This document shows positions 45,701 to 61,100 of a stretch of 64,000 bases of DNA, piece by piece (position 1 is the first letter of the stretch; the number at the start of each line of letters is the position of its first letter). The notes beneath the pieces were generated by a model. That model did no database searches. It was given only the letters and a program-made list of their open reading frames with translations, and was not told where the DNA came from. The stretch spans positions 28,334,001 to 28,398,000 of the forward strand of contig OZ024741.1 of assembly GCA_964016885.1 (NCBI GenBank), written 5' to 3'. A program made the position numbers and the translations under genes. This stretch comes from Eledone cirrhosa (lineage: Eukaryota).

Positions 45701-48700
45701 TACTACAGTGTAGGTTATTGGTAGATAACTGGTATATATAGGGATATAACTACATATAGATACAGTCAGTGGTATTACAGTGTAGGTTATTGGTATATAA
45801 CTGGTATATATAGGGATATAACTACATACAGATACTGTCAGTGGTACTACAGTCTAGGTTATTGGTATATAACTGGAATATATAGGGATATAACTACACA
45901 TAGATACTGTCAGTGGTACTACAGTGTAGATTATTGGTATATAACTGGTATATATAGGATTATAACTACATATAGATACAGTCAGTGGTACTATAGTGTA
46001 GGTTATTGGTATATAACTGGTATATATAGGGATATAACTACACATAGATACTGTCAGTGGTAATACAGTGTAGGTTATTGGTATATAACTGGTATATATA
46101 GGGATATAACTACATACAGATACTGTCAGTGGTACTACAGTGTAGGTTATTGGTAGATAACTGGTATCTAACTCGATATAACTACATATAGATACTGTCA
46201 GTGGTACTATAGTGTAGGTTATTGGTATATCAATGGTATATATAGGGATATAACTACACATAGATACTGTCAGTGGTACTATAGTGTAGGTTATTGTTAT
46301 ATAACTGGTATATATAGTATTATAACTACATATAGACACTGTCAGTGGTACTATAGTGTAGGTTATTGGTATATAACTGGTATATATAGGGATATATCTA
46401 CACATAGATACTGTCAGTGGTACTACAGTGTAGGTTATTGGTAGATAACTGGTATATATAGGGATATAACTACATATAGATACTGACAGTGGTACTACAG
46501 TGTAGGTTATTGGTAGATAACTGGTATATATCTGGATATAACTACATATAGATACTGTCAGTGGTACTACAGTGTAGGTTATTGGTAGATAACTGGTATA
46601 TATAGGGATATAACTACATATAGATACTGTCAGTGGTACTACAGTGTAGGTTATTGGTATATAACTGGTATATATAGGGATATAACTACATATAGATACT
46701 GTCAGTGGTACTACAGTGTAGGTTATTGGTATATAACTGGTATATATAGGGATATAACTATACATAGATACTGTCAGTGGTACTACAGTGTAGGTTATTG
46801 GTAGAGAACTGGTATATATAGGGATATAACTACATATAGATACTGACAGTGGCACTACAGTGTAGGTTATTGGTATATAACTGGTATATAGAGGGATATA
46901 ACTACATATAGATACTGTCAGTGGAACTACAGTGTAGGTTATTGGTAGATAACTGGTATATATAGGGATATAACTACACATAGATACTGTCAGTGTTACT
47001 ACAGTGTAGGTTATTGGTATAGAACTGGTATATATAGGGATATAACTACATATACAGATACTGTCAGTCTTACTACAGTGTAGTGTATTGGTATATAACT
47101 GGTATATATAGAGATATAACTACATATACAGATACTGTCAGTCTTACTACAGTGTAGGTTATTGGTAGATAACTGGTATATATAGGGATATAACTACATA
47201 TAGATACTGTCTGTGGAACTACAGTGTAGGTTATTGCTTGATAGCTGGTATATATAGGGATATAACTACACATAGATACTGTCAGTGGTACTACAGTGTA
47301 GGTTATTGGTAGATAACTGGTATATATAGGGATATAACTACACATAGATACTGTCAGTCTGACTAGAGTGTAGGTTATTGGTAGATAACTGGTATATATA
47401 AGGATATAACTACACATAGATACTGTCAATGGTACTATAGTGTAGGTTATTGGTAGATCACTGGTATATATAGGGATATAACTACACATAGATACTGTCA
47501 GTGGTACTACAGTGTAGGTTATTGGTATATAACTGGTATATATAGGGATATAACTACATATAGATACTGTCAGTGGTACTACATCGTAGGTTATTGGTAT
47601 ATAACTGGAATATATAGCGATATAACTCCACATAGATACTGTCAGTGGTACTACAGTGTAGGTTTTTGGTATATAACTGGTATATATAGGGATATAACTA
47701 TATACAGATACTGTCAGTGGTACTACAGTGTAGGTTATTGGTAGTTAACTGGTATATATAGGGATATAACTATATATAGATACAGTCAGTGGTATTACAG
47801 TGTAGGTTATTGGTATATAACTGGTATATATAGGGATATAACTACATACAGATACTGTCAGTGGTACTACAGTCTAGGTTATTGTTATATAACTGGAATA
47901 TATAGGGATATAACTACACATAGATACTGTCAGTGGTACTACAGTGTAGATTATTGGTATATAACTGGTATATATAGGATTATAACTACATATAGATACA
48001 GTCAGTGGTACTATAGTGTAGGTTATTGGTATATAACTGGTATATATAGGGATATAACTACACATAGATACTGTCAGTGGTAATACAGTGTAGGTTATTG
48101 GTATATAACTGGTATATATAGGGATATAACTACATACAGATACTGTCAGTGGTACTACATTGTAGGTTATTGGTAGATAACTGGTATCTATCTGGATATT
48201 ACTACATATAGATACTGTCAGTGGTACTACAGTGTAGGTTATTGGTAGATAACTGGTATATATAGGGATATAACTACATATAGATACTGTCAGTGGTACT
48301 ACAGTGTAGGTTATTGGTAGAGAACTGGTATATATAGGGATATAACTACATATAGATACTGACAGTGGTACTACAGTGTAGGTTATTGGTAGATAACTGG
48401 TATATATAGGATTATAACTACATATAGATACTGACAGTGGTACTACAGTGTAGGTTATTGGTATATAACTGGTATATATAGGGATATAACTACAAATAGA
48501 TACTGACAGTGGTACTACAGTGTAGGTTATTGGTATATAACTGGAATATATAGGGATATAACTACATATAGATACTGTCAGTGGTACTACAGTGTAGATT
48601 ATTGGTATATAACTTGTATATATAGGGATATAACTATATATAGATACTGTCAATGGTACCACAGTGTAGGTTATTGGTATATAACTGGTATATATAGGGA

Positions 48701-51700
48701 TATAACTACATATAGATACTGTCAGTGGTACTACAGTGTAGGTTATTGGTATATAACTGGTATATATAAGGATATAACTATATACAGATACTGTCAGTGG
48801 TACTACAGTGTAGGTTATTGGTAGATAACTGGTATATATAGGGATATGACTACATATAGATACTGTCAGTGGTATTACAGTGTAGCTTATTGGTATATAA
48901 CTGGTATATATAGGGATATAACTACATACAGATACTGTCAGTGGTACTACAGTGTAGGTTATTGGTATATAACTGGTATATATAGTGATATAACTACACA
49001 TAGATACTGACAGTGGTACTACAGTGTAGGTTATTGGTAGATAACTGGTATATATAGGGATATAACTACATATAGATACTGTCAGTGGTACACCAGTGTA
49101 GCTTATTGGTATATAACTGGTATATATAGGGATATAACTACATACAGATACTGTCAGTGGTACTACAGAGTAGGTTATTAGTATATAACTGGTATATATA
49201 GGGATATAACTACACATAGATACTGACAGTGGTACTACAGTGTAGGTTATTGGTATATAACTGGTATATATAGGGATATAACTACACATAGATACTGTCA
49301 GTGGTACTACACTGTAGGTTATTGGTATATAACTGGTATATATAGGGATATAACTACATATAGATACTGTCAGTGGTACTACAGTGTAGGCTATTGGTAT
49401 ATAACTGGTATATATAGGGATATAACTACATATAGATACTGTCAGTGGTACTAGAGTGTAGGTTATTGGTATATAACTGGTATATATAGGGATATAACTA
49501 CATATACAGATACTGTCAGTCTTACTACAGTGTAGGTTATTGTATATAACTGGTATATATAGAGATATAACTACATATACAGATACTGTCAGTCTTACTA
49601 CAGTGTAGGTTATTGGTAGATAACTGCTATATATAGGGATATAACTACATATAGATACTGTCAGTGGTACTACAGTGTAGGTTAATGTTAGATAACTGGT
49701 ATATATAGGGATATAACTACACATAGATATTGTCAGTCTTACTAGCGTGTAGGTTATTGGTATATAACTGGTATATATAGGGATATAACAACATATAGAT
49801 ACTGTCAGTGGTACTATAGTGTAGGTTATTGGTATATCAATGTTATATATAGGGATATAACTAAACATAGATACTGTCAGTGGTACTACAGTGTAGGGTA
49901 TTGGTATATAACTTGTATATATAGGGAAATAACTATATATAGATACTGTCAGTGGTACTACAGTGTAGGTTATTGGTATATAACTGGTATATATAGGGAT
50001 ATAACTACATATAGATACTATCAGTGGTACTACAGTGTAGGTTATTGGTATATAACTGGTATATATAGGGATATAACTACATATAGATACTGTCAGTGGT
50101 ACTCTAGTGTAGGTTATTGGTATATCAATGGTATATATAGGGATATAACTACACATAGATACTGTCAGTGGTACTACAGTGTAGGTTATTGCTATATAAC
50201 TGGTATATATAGTATTATAACTAGATATAGACACTGTCAGTTGTACTATAGTGTAGGTTATTGGTATATAACTGGTATATATAGGGATATATCTACACAT
50301 AGATACTGTCAGTGGTACTACAGTGTAGGTTATTGCTAGATAACTGGTATATATAGGGATATAACTACATATAGATACTGACAGTGGTACTACAGTGTAG
50401 GTTATTGGTAGATAACTGGTATATATCTGGATATAACTACATATAGATACTGTCAGTGGTACTACAGTGTAGGTTATTGGTAGATAACTGGTATATATAG
50501 GGATATAACTACATATAGATACTGTCAGTGGTACTACAGTGTAGGTTATTGGTATATAACTGGTATATATAGGGATATAACTACATATAGATACTGTCAG
50601 TGGTACTACAGTGTAGGTTATTGGTATATAACTGGTATATATAGGGATATAACTATACATAGATACTGTCAGTGGTACTACAGTGTAGGTTATTGGTAGA
50701 GAACTGGTATATATAGGGATATAACTACATATAGATACTGACAGTGGCACTACAGTGTAGGTTATTGGTATATAACTGGTATATAGAGGGATATAACTAC
50801 ATATAGATACTGTCAGTGGAACTACAGTGTAGGATATTGGTAGATAACTGGTATATATAGGGATATAACTACACATAGATACTGTCAGTGTTACTACAGT
50901 GTAGGTTATTGGTATAGAACTGGTATATATAGGGATATAACTACATATACAGATACTGTCAGTCTTACTACAGTGTAGTTTATTGGTATATAACTGGTAT
51001 ATATAGAGATATAACTACATATACAGATACTGTCAGTCTTACTACAGTGTAGGTTATTGGTAGATAACTGGTATATATAGGGATATAACTACATATAGAT
51101 ACTGTCAGTGGTACTACAGTGTAGGTTATTGCTTGATAGCTGGTATATATAGGGATATAACTACACATAGATACCGTCAGTGGTACTACTGTGTAGGTTA
51201 TTGGTAGATAACTGGTATATATAGGGATATAACTACACATAGATACTGTCAGTCTGACTAGAGTGTAGGTTATTGGTAGATAACTGGTATATATAAGGAT
51301 ATAACTACACATAGATACTGTCAATGGTACTATAGTGTAGGTTATTGGTAGATCACTGGTATATATAGGGATATAACTACACATAGATACTGTCAGTGGT
51401 ACTACAGTGTAGGTTATTGGTATATAACTGGTATATATAGGGATATAACTACATATAGATACTGTCAGTGGTACTACATTGTAGGTTATTGGTATATAAC
51501 TGGAATATATAGCGACATAACTACACATAGATACTGTCAGTGGTACTACAGTGCAGGTTATTGGTATATAACTGGTATATATAGGGATATAACTACATAT
51601 AGATACTGTCAGTGGTACTATAGTGTAGGTTATTGGTATATCAATGGTATATATAGGGATATAACTACACATAGATACTGTCAGTGGTACTACAGTGTAG

Positions 51701-54700
51701 GGTATTGGTATATAACTTGTATATATAGGGAAATAACTATATATAGATACTGTCAGTGGTACTACAGTGTAGGTTATTGGTATATAACTGGTATATATAG
51801 GGATATAACTACATATAGATACTGTCAGTGGTACTACAGTGTAGGTTATTGGTATATAACTGGTATATATAGGGATATAACTACATACATATACTGTCAG
51901 TGGTACTACAGTGTAGGTTATTGGTAGGTAACTGGTATATATAGGGATATAACTACATATAGATACTGTCAGTGGTATTACAGTGTAGGTTATTGGTATA
52001 TAACTGGTATATATAGGGATATAACTACATACAGATACTGTCAGTGGTACTACAGTGTAGGTTATTGGTATATAACTGGTATATATAGGGATATAACTAA
52101 ACATAGATACTGACAGTGGTACTACAATGTAGGTTATTGGTAGATAACTGGTATATATAGGGATATAACTACATATAGATACTGTCGGGTGGTACTACAG
52201 TGTAGGTTATTGGCATATAACTGGTATATATATGGATATTACTACACATAGATACTGTCAGTGGTACTACAGTGTAGGTTATTGGTATATAACTGGTATA
52301 TATAGGGATATAACTACATATAGATACTGTCAGTGGTACTACAGTGTAGGCTATTGGTATATAACTGGTATATATAGGGATATAACTACATATAGATACT
52401 GACAGTGGTAATACAGTGTAGGTTATTGGTAGATAACTGGTATATATAGTGATATAACTACATATAGATACTGTCAGTGGTACTACAGTCTAGGTTATTG
52501 GTAGATAACTGGTATATATAGGGATATAACTACATAGAGATACTGTCAGTGGTACTACAGTGCAGGTTATTGGTAGATAACTGGTATATATAGGGATATA
52601 ACTACATATAGATATTGTCAGTGGTACTACAGTGTAGGTTATTGGTATATAACTGGTATATATAGAGACATAACTACATATACAGATACTGCCAGTCTTA
52701 CTACAGTGTAGGTTATTGGTAAATAACTGGTATATATATAGGGATATAACTACATATAGATACTGTCAGTGGTACTACCGTGTAGGTTATTGGTAGATAA
52801 CTGGTATATATAGGGATATAACTACACATAGATACTGTCAGTCTTACTAGAGTGTAGGTTATTGTTAGATCACTGGTATATATAGTGATATAACTACACA
52901 TAGATACTGTCAGTGTTACTACAGTGTAGGTTATTGGTAGATAACTGGTATATATAGGGATATAACTGTACATAGATACTGACAGTGGTACTACAGTGTA
53001 GGTTATTGGTATATAACTGGTATATATAGGGATATAACTACATATAGATACTGTCAGTGGTACTAGAGTGTAGGTTATTGGTATATAACTGGTATATATA
53101 GGGATATAACTATACATAGATACTGTCAGTGGTACTACAGTATAGGTTATTGGTAGATAATTGGTGTATATAGGGATATAACTTCATATATATACTGACA
53201 GTGGTACTACAGTGTAGGTTATTGGTAGATAACTGGTATATATAGTGATATAACTACATAAAGATACTGTCAGTGGCACTACACTCTAGGTTATTGGTAG
53301 ATAACTGGTATATATAGGGATATAACTACATACAGATACTGTCAGTGGTACTACAGAGTAGGTTATTAGTATATAACTGGTATATATAGGGATATAACTA
53401 CACATAGATACTGACAGTTGTACTACAGTGTAGGTTATTGGTATATAACTGGTATATATTGGGATATAACTACACATAGAAACTGACAGTGGTACTACAG
53501 TGTAGGTTATTGGTAGATAACTGGTATATATAGGGATATAACTACATATAGATACTGTCAGTGGTACTAGAGTGTAGGTTATTGGTATATAACTGGTATA
53601 TATAGGGATATAACTACACATAGATACTGTCAGTGGTATTACAGTGTAGGTTATTGGTATATAACTGGTATATATAGGGTTATATCTACATATAGATACT
53701 GTCAGTGGTACTACAGTGTAGGCTATTGGTATATAACTGGTATATATAGGGATATAACTACATATAGATACTGTCGGTGGTACTACAGTGTAGGTTATTG
53801 GTATATAACTGGTATATATAGGGATATAACTACATATACAGATACTGTCAGTCTTACTACAGTGTAGGTTATTGGTATATAACTGGTATATATAGAGATA
53901 TAACTACATATACAGATACTGTCAGTCTTACTACAGTGTAGGTTATAGGTAGATAACTGGTATATATAGGGATATAACTACATTTAGATACTGTCAGTGG
54001 TACTACAGTGTAGGTTATTGGTAGATAACTGGTATATATAGGGATATAACTACACATAGATACTGTCAGTCTTACTAGAGTGTAGGTTATTGTTAGATCA
54101 CTGGTATATATAGGGATATAACTACACATAGATACTGTCAGTGGTACTACAGTGTAGGTTATTGGTAGATAACTGGTATATATAGGGATATAACTATATA
54201 TAGATACTGTCAGTGGTACTACAGTGTAGGTTATTGGTAGATAACTGGTATATATAGGGATATAACTACATATAGATACTGTCAGTGGTACTAGAGTCTA
54301 GGTTATTGGTAGATAACTGGTATATATAGGGATATAACTACATAGAGATACTGTCAGTGGTACTAGAGTGTAGGCTATTGGTAGACAACTGGTATATATA
54401 GGGATATAACTACACATAGATACTGTCAGTGGTACTACAGTGTAGGTTATTGGTAGATAACTGGTATATATAGGGATATAACTACATATAGATACTGACA
54501 GTGGTACTAGAGTGTAGGTTATTGGCAGATAACTGGTATATATCGGGATATAACTACATATAGATACTGTCAGTGGTACTACAGTGTAGGTTATTGGTAT
54601 ATAACTGGTATATATAGGGATATAACTATATATAGATACTGTCAGTGGTATTACAGTGTAGCTTATTGGTATATAACTGGTATATGTAGGGATATAACTA

Positions 54701-57700
54701 CATACAGATACTGTCAGTGGTACTACAGTGTAGGTTATTGGTATATAACTGGTATATATAGTGATATAACTACACATAGATACTGACAGTGGTACTACAG
54801 TGTAGGTTATTGGTAGATAACTGGTATATATAGGGATATAACTACATACAGATACTGTCAGTGGTACTACAGAGTAGGTTATTAGTATATAACTGGTATA
54901 TATAGGGATATAACTACACATAGATACTGACAGTGGTACTACAGTGTAGGTTATTGGTATATAACTGGTATATATAGGGATATAACTACACATAGATACT
55001 GTCAGTGGTACTACAGTGTAGGTTTTTGGTATATAACTGGTATATATAGGGATATAACTACATATAGATACTCTCAGAGGTACTACATTGTAGGCTATTG
55101 GTATATAACTGGTACATATAGGGATATAACTATATATAGATACTGTCAGTGGTACTAGAGTGTAGGTTATTGGTATATAACTGGTATATATAGGGATATA
55201 ACTACATATACAGATACTGTCAGTCTTACTACAGTGCAGGTTATTGTATATAACTGGTATATATAGAGATATAACTACATATACAGATACTGTCAGTCTT
55301 ACTACAGTGTAGGTTATTGGTAGATAACTGGTATATATAGGGATATAATTACATATAGATACTGTCAGTGGTACTACAGTGTAGGTTATTGGTAGATAAC
55401 TGGTATATATAGGGATATAACTACACATAGATACTGTCAGTCTTACTAGCGTGTAGGTTATTGGTATATCACTGGTATATATAGGGATATAACTACACAT
55501 AGATACTGTCAGTGGTACTACAGTGTAGGTTATTGGTAGATAACTGGTATATATAGGGATATAACTACACATAGATAGTGACAGTGGTACTACAGTGTAG
55601 GTTATTGGTATATAACTGGTATATATAGGGATATAACTACATATAGATACTGTCAGTGGTAATATAGTGTAGGTTAATGGTATATAACTGGTATATATAG
55701 GGATATAACTACACATAGATACTGTCAGTGGTACTACAGTGTAGGTTATTGGTAGATAACTGGTATATATAGGGATATAACTACATAGAGATACTGTCAG
55801 TGGTACTACAGTGTAGGTTATTGGTAGATAACTGGTATATATAGGGATATAACTACACATAGATACTGTCAGTGGTACTACAGTGTAGGTTATTGGTAGA
55901 TAACTGGTAAATATAGGGATATAACTACACATAGATACTGTCAGTGGTACTACGGTGTAGGTTATTGGTATATAACTGGAATATATAGGGATATAACTAC
56001 ACATAGATACTGTCAGTGGTACTACAGTGTAGGATATTGTTATATGACTGGTATATATAGGATTATAACTACATATAGACACTGTCAGTGGTAATATAGT
56101 GTAGGTTATTGGTATATAACTGGTATATATAGGGATATAACTACACATAGATACTGTCAGTGGTACTACAGTGTAGGTTATTGCAAGATAACTGGTATAT
56201 ATAGGGATATAACTACATATAGATACTGACAGTGGTACTACAGTGTAGGTTATTGGTAGATAACTTGTATATATCTGGATATAACTACATATAGATACTG
56301 TCAGTGGTACTACAGTGTAGGTTATTGGTAGATAACTGGTATATATAGGGATATAACTACACATACATACTGTCAGTGGTACTACAGTGTAGATTATTGG
56401 TATATAACTGGTATATATAGGGATATAACTACATATAGATACTTTCAGTGGTACTACAGTGTAGGTTATTGGTATATAACTGGTATATATAGGGATATAA
56501 CTATACATAGATACTGTCAGTGGTACTACAGTGTAGGTTATTGGTAGAGAACTGGTATATATAGGGATATAACTACATATAGATACTGACAGTGGTACTA
56601 CAGTGTAGGTTATTGGTATGTAACTGGTATATAGAGGGATATAACTACATATAGATACTGTCAGTGGTACTACAGTGTAGGTTATTGGTAGACAACTGGT
56701 ATATATAGGGATATAACTACACATAGATACTGTCAGTGTTACTACAGTGTAGGTTATTGGTATAGAACTGGTATATATAGGGATATAACTACATATACAG
56801 ATACTGTCAGTCTTACTACAGTGTAGTTTATTGGTATATAACTGGAATATATAGAGATATAACTACATATACAGATACTGTCAGTCTTACTACAGTGTAG
56901 GTTATTGGTAGATAACTGGTATATATAGGGATATAACTACATATAGATACTGTCAGTGGTACTACAGTGTAGGTTATTGGTTGATAGCTGGTATATATAG
57001 GGATATAACTTCACATAGATACTGTCAGTGGTACTACAGTGTAGGTTATTGGTAGATAACTGATATATATAGGGATATAACTACACATAGATACTATCAG
57101 TCTTACTAGAGTGTAGGTTACTGGTAGATAACTGGTATATATAAGGATATAACTACACATAGATACTGTCAGTGGTACTATAGTGTAGGTTATTGGTAGA
57201 TCACTGGTATATATAGGGATATAACTACACATAGACACTGTCAGTGGTACTACAGTGTAGGTTATTGGTATATAACTGGTATATATAGGGATATAACTAC
57301 ATATAGATACTGTCAGTGGTACTACGTTGTAGGTTATTGGTATATAACTGGAATATATAGCGATATAACTACACATAGATACTGTCAGTGGTACTACAGT
57401 GTAGGTTATTGGTATATAACTGGTATATATAGGGATATAACTACATATAGATACTGTCAGTGGTACTATAGTGTAGGTTATTGGTATATCAATGGTATAT
57501 ATAGGGATATAACTACACATAGATACTGTCAGTGGTACTACAGTGTAGGGTATTGGTATATAACTTGTATATATAGGGAAATAACTATATATAGATACTG
57601 TCAGTGGTACTACAGTGTAGGTTATTGGTATATAACTGGTATATATAGGGATATAACTACATATAGATACTGTCAGTGGTACTACAGTGTAGGTTATTGG

Positions 57701-58199
57701 TATATAACTGGTATATATAGGGATATAACTACATATAGATACTGTCAGTGGTACTATAGTGTAGGTTATTGGTATATAACTGGTATATATAGGGATATAA
57801 CTACACATAGATACTGTCAGTGGTACTACAGTGTAGGTTATTGGTAGATAACTGGTATATATAGGGATATAACTACATAGAGATACTGTCAGTGGTACTA
57901 CAGTGTAGGTTATTGGTAGATAACTGGTATATATAGGGATATAACTACACATAGATACTGTCAGTGGTACTACAGTGTAGGTTATTGGTTGATAACTGGT
58001 AAATATAGGGATATAACTACACATAGATACTGTCAGTGGTACTACAGTGTAGGTTATTGGTATATAACTGGAATATATAGGGATATAACTACACATAGAT
58101 ACTGTCAGTGGTACTAAAGTGTAGGTTATTGTTATATAACTGGTATATATAGGATTATAACTACATATAGACACTGTCAGTGGTACTATAGTGTAGGTT

Positions 58200-61100
58200 A
58201 TTGGTATATAACTGGTATATATAGGGATATAACTACACATAGATACTGTCAGTGGTACTACAGTGTAGGTTATTGCTATATAACTGGTATATATAGGGAT
58301 ATAACTACATATAGATACTGACAGTGGTACTACAGTGTAGGTTATTGGTAGATAACTGGTATATATCTGGATATAACTACATATAGATAATGTCAGTGGT
58401 ACTACAGTGTAGGTTATTGGTAGATAACTTGTATATATAGGGATATAACTACATATAGATACTGTCAGTGGTACTACAGTGTAGGTTATTGGTATATAAC
58501 TGGTATATATAGGGATATAACTACATATAGATACTGTCAGTGGTACTACAGTGTAGGTTATTGGTATATAACTGGTATATATAGGGATATAACTATACAT
58601 AGATACTGTCAGTGGTACTTCAGTGTAGGTTATTGGTAGAGAACTGGTATATATAGGGATATAACTACATATAGATACTGACAGTGGTACTACAGTGTAG
58701 GTTATTGGTATATGACTGGGATATAGAAGGATATAAATACATATAGATACAGTCAGTGGAACTACAGTGTAGGTTATTGGTAGATAACTGGTATATATAG
58801 GGATATAACTACACATAGATACTGTCAGTGTTACTACAGTGTAGGTTATTGGTATAGAACTGGTATATATAGGGATATAACTACATATACAGATACTGTC
58901 AGTCTTACTACAGTGTAGTTTATTGGTATATAACTGGGATATATAGAGATATAACTACATATACAGATACTGTCAGTCTTACTACAGTGTAGGTTATTGG
59001 TAGATAACTGGTATATATAGGGATATAACTACATATAGATACTGTCAGTGGTACTACAGTGTAGGTTATTGGTTGATAGCTGGTATATATAGGGATATAA
59101 CTACACATAGATACTGTCAGTGGTACTACAGTGTAGGTTATTGGTAGATAACTGGTATATATAGGGATATAACTACATATAGATACTGTCAGTAGTACTA
59201 TAGTGTAGGTTATTGGTATATCAATGGTATATATAGGGATATAACTACACATAGATACTGTCAGTGGTACTACAGTGTAGGGTATTGGTATATAACTTGT
59301 ATATATAGGGAAATAACTATATATAGATACTGTCAGTGGTACTACAGTGTAAGTTATTGGTAGATAACTGGTATATATAGGGATATAACTGCACATAGAT
59401 ACTAACAGTGGTACTACAGTGTAGGTTATTGGTAGATAACTGGTATATATATATGGATATAACTACATATAGATACTGTCAGTGGTACTACAGTCTAGGT
59501 CATTGGTAGATAACTGGTATATATAGGGATATAACTACATATAGATACTGTCAGTGGTACTACAGTGTAGGTTATTGGTAGATAACTGGTATATATAGGA
59601 ATATAACTACATATAGATACTGACAGTTGTACTACAGTGTATGTTATTGGTAGATAACTGGTATATATAGGGATATAACTACATATAGATACTGTCAGTG
59701 GTACTACAGTCTAGGTTATTGGTAGATAACTGGTATATATAGGGATATAACTACATAGAGATACTGTCAGTGGTACTAGAGTGTAGGTTATTAGTATATA
59801 ACTGGTATATATAGGGATATAACTACACATAGATACTGACAGTGGTACTACAGTGTAGGTTATTGGTATATAACTGGTATATATAGGGATATAACTACAC
59901 ATAGATACTGTCAGTGGTACTACAGTGTAGGTTATTGGTATATAACTGGTATATATAGGGATATAACTACATATAGATACTCTCAGAGGTACTACAGTGT
60001 AGGCTATTGGTATATAACTGGTATATATAGGGATATAACTATATATAGATACTGTCAGTGGTACTAGAGTGTAGGTTATTGGTATATAACTGGTATATAT
60101 AGGGATATAACTACATATACAGATACTGTCAGTCTTACTACAGTGCAGGTTATTGTATATAACTGGTATATATAGAGATATAACTACATATACAGATACT
60201 GTCAGTCTTACTACAGTGTAGGTTATTGGTAGATAACTGGTATATATAGGGATATAATTACATATAGATACTGTCAGTGGTACTACAGTGTAGGTTATTG
60301 GTAGATAACTGGTATATATAGGGATATAACTACACAGATACTGTCAGTCTTACTAGCGTGTAGGTTATTGGTATATCACTGGTATATATAGGGATATAAC
60401 TGCACATAGATACTGTCAGTGGTACTACAGTGTAGGTTATTGGTAGATAACTGGTATATATAGGGATATAACTACACATAGATACTGACAGTGGTACTAC
60501 AGTGTAGGTTATTGGTATATAACTGGTATATATAGGGATATAACTACACATAGATACTGATAGTGGTACTACAGTGTAGGTTATTGGTATATAACTGGTA
60601 TATATAGGGATATAACTACATAGAGATACTGTCAGTGGTACTACAGTGTAGGTTATTGGTAGATAACTGGTATATATAGGGATATAACTACACATAGATA
60701 CTGTCAGTGGTACTACAGTGTAGGTTATTGGTAGATAACTGGTAAATACAGGGATATAACTACACATAGATACTGTCAGTGGTACTACGGTGTAGGTTAT
60801 TGGTATATAACTGGAATATATAGGGATATAACTACACATAGATACTGTCAGTGGTACTACAGTGTAGGATATTGTTATATGACTGGTATATATAGGATTA
60901 TAACTACATATAGACACTGTCAGTGGTAATATAGTGTAGGTTATTGGTATATAACTGGTATATATAGGGATATAACTACACATAGATACTGTCAGTGGTA
61001 CTACAGTGTAGGTTATTGCAAGATAACTGGTATATATAGGGATATAACTACATATAGATACTGACAGTGGTACTACAGTGTAGGTTATTGGTAGATAACT

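Noticed and set aside
42611-50876. Two ORFs of exactly 1000 aa, 5263 bp apart, as a duplicated gene
   Set aside because: They share the stop-bearing block and the frame-restoring cassette, but their N-terminal halves have different monomer orders. Lengths are quantised in 24-aa steps, so equal length is coincidental.
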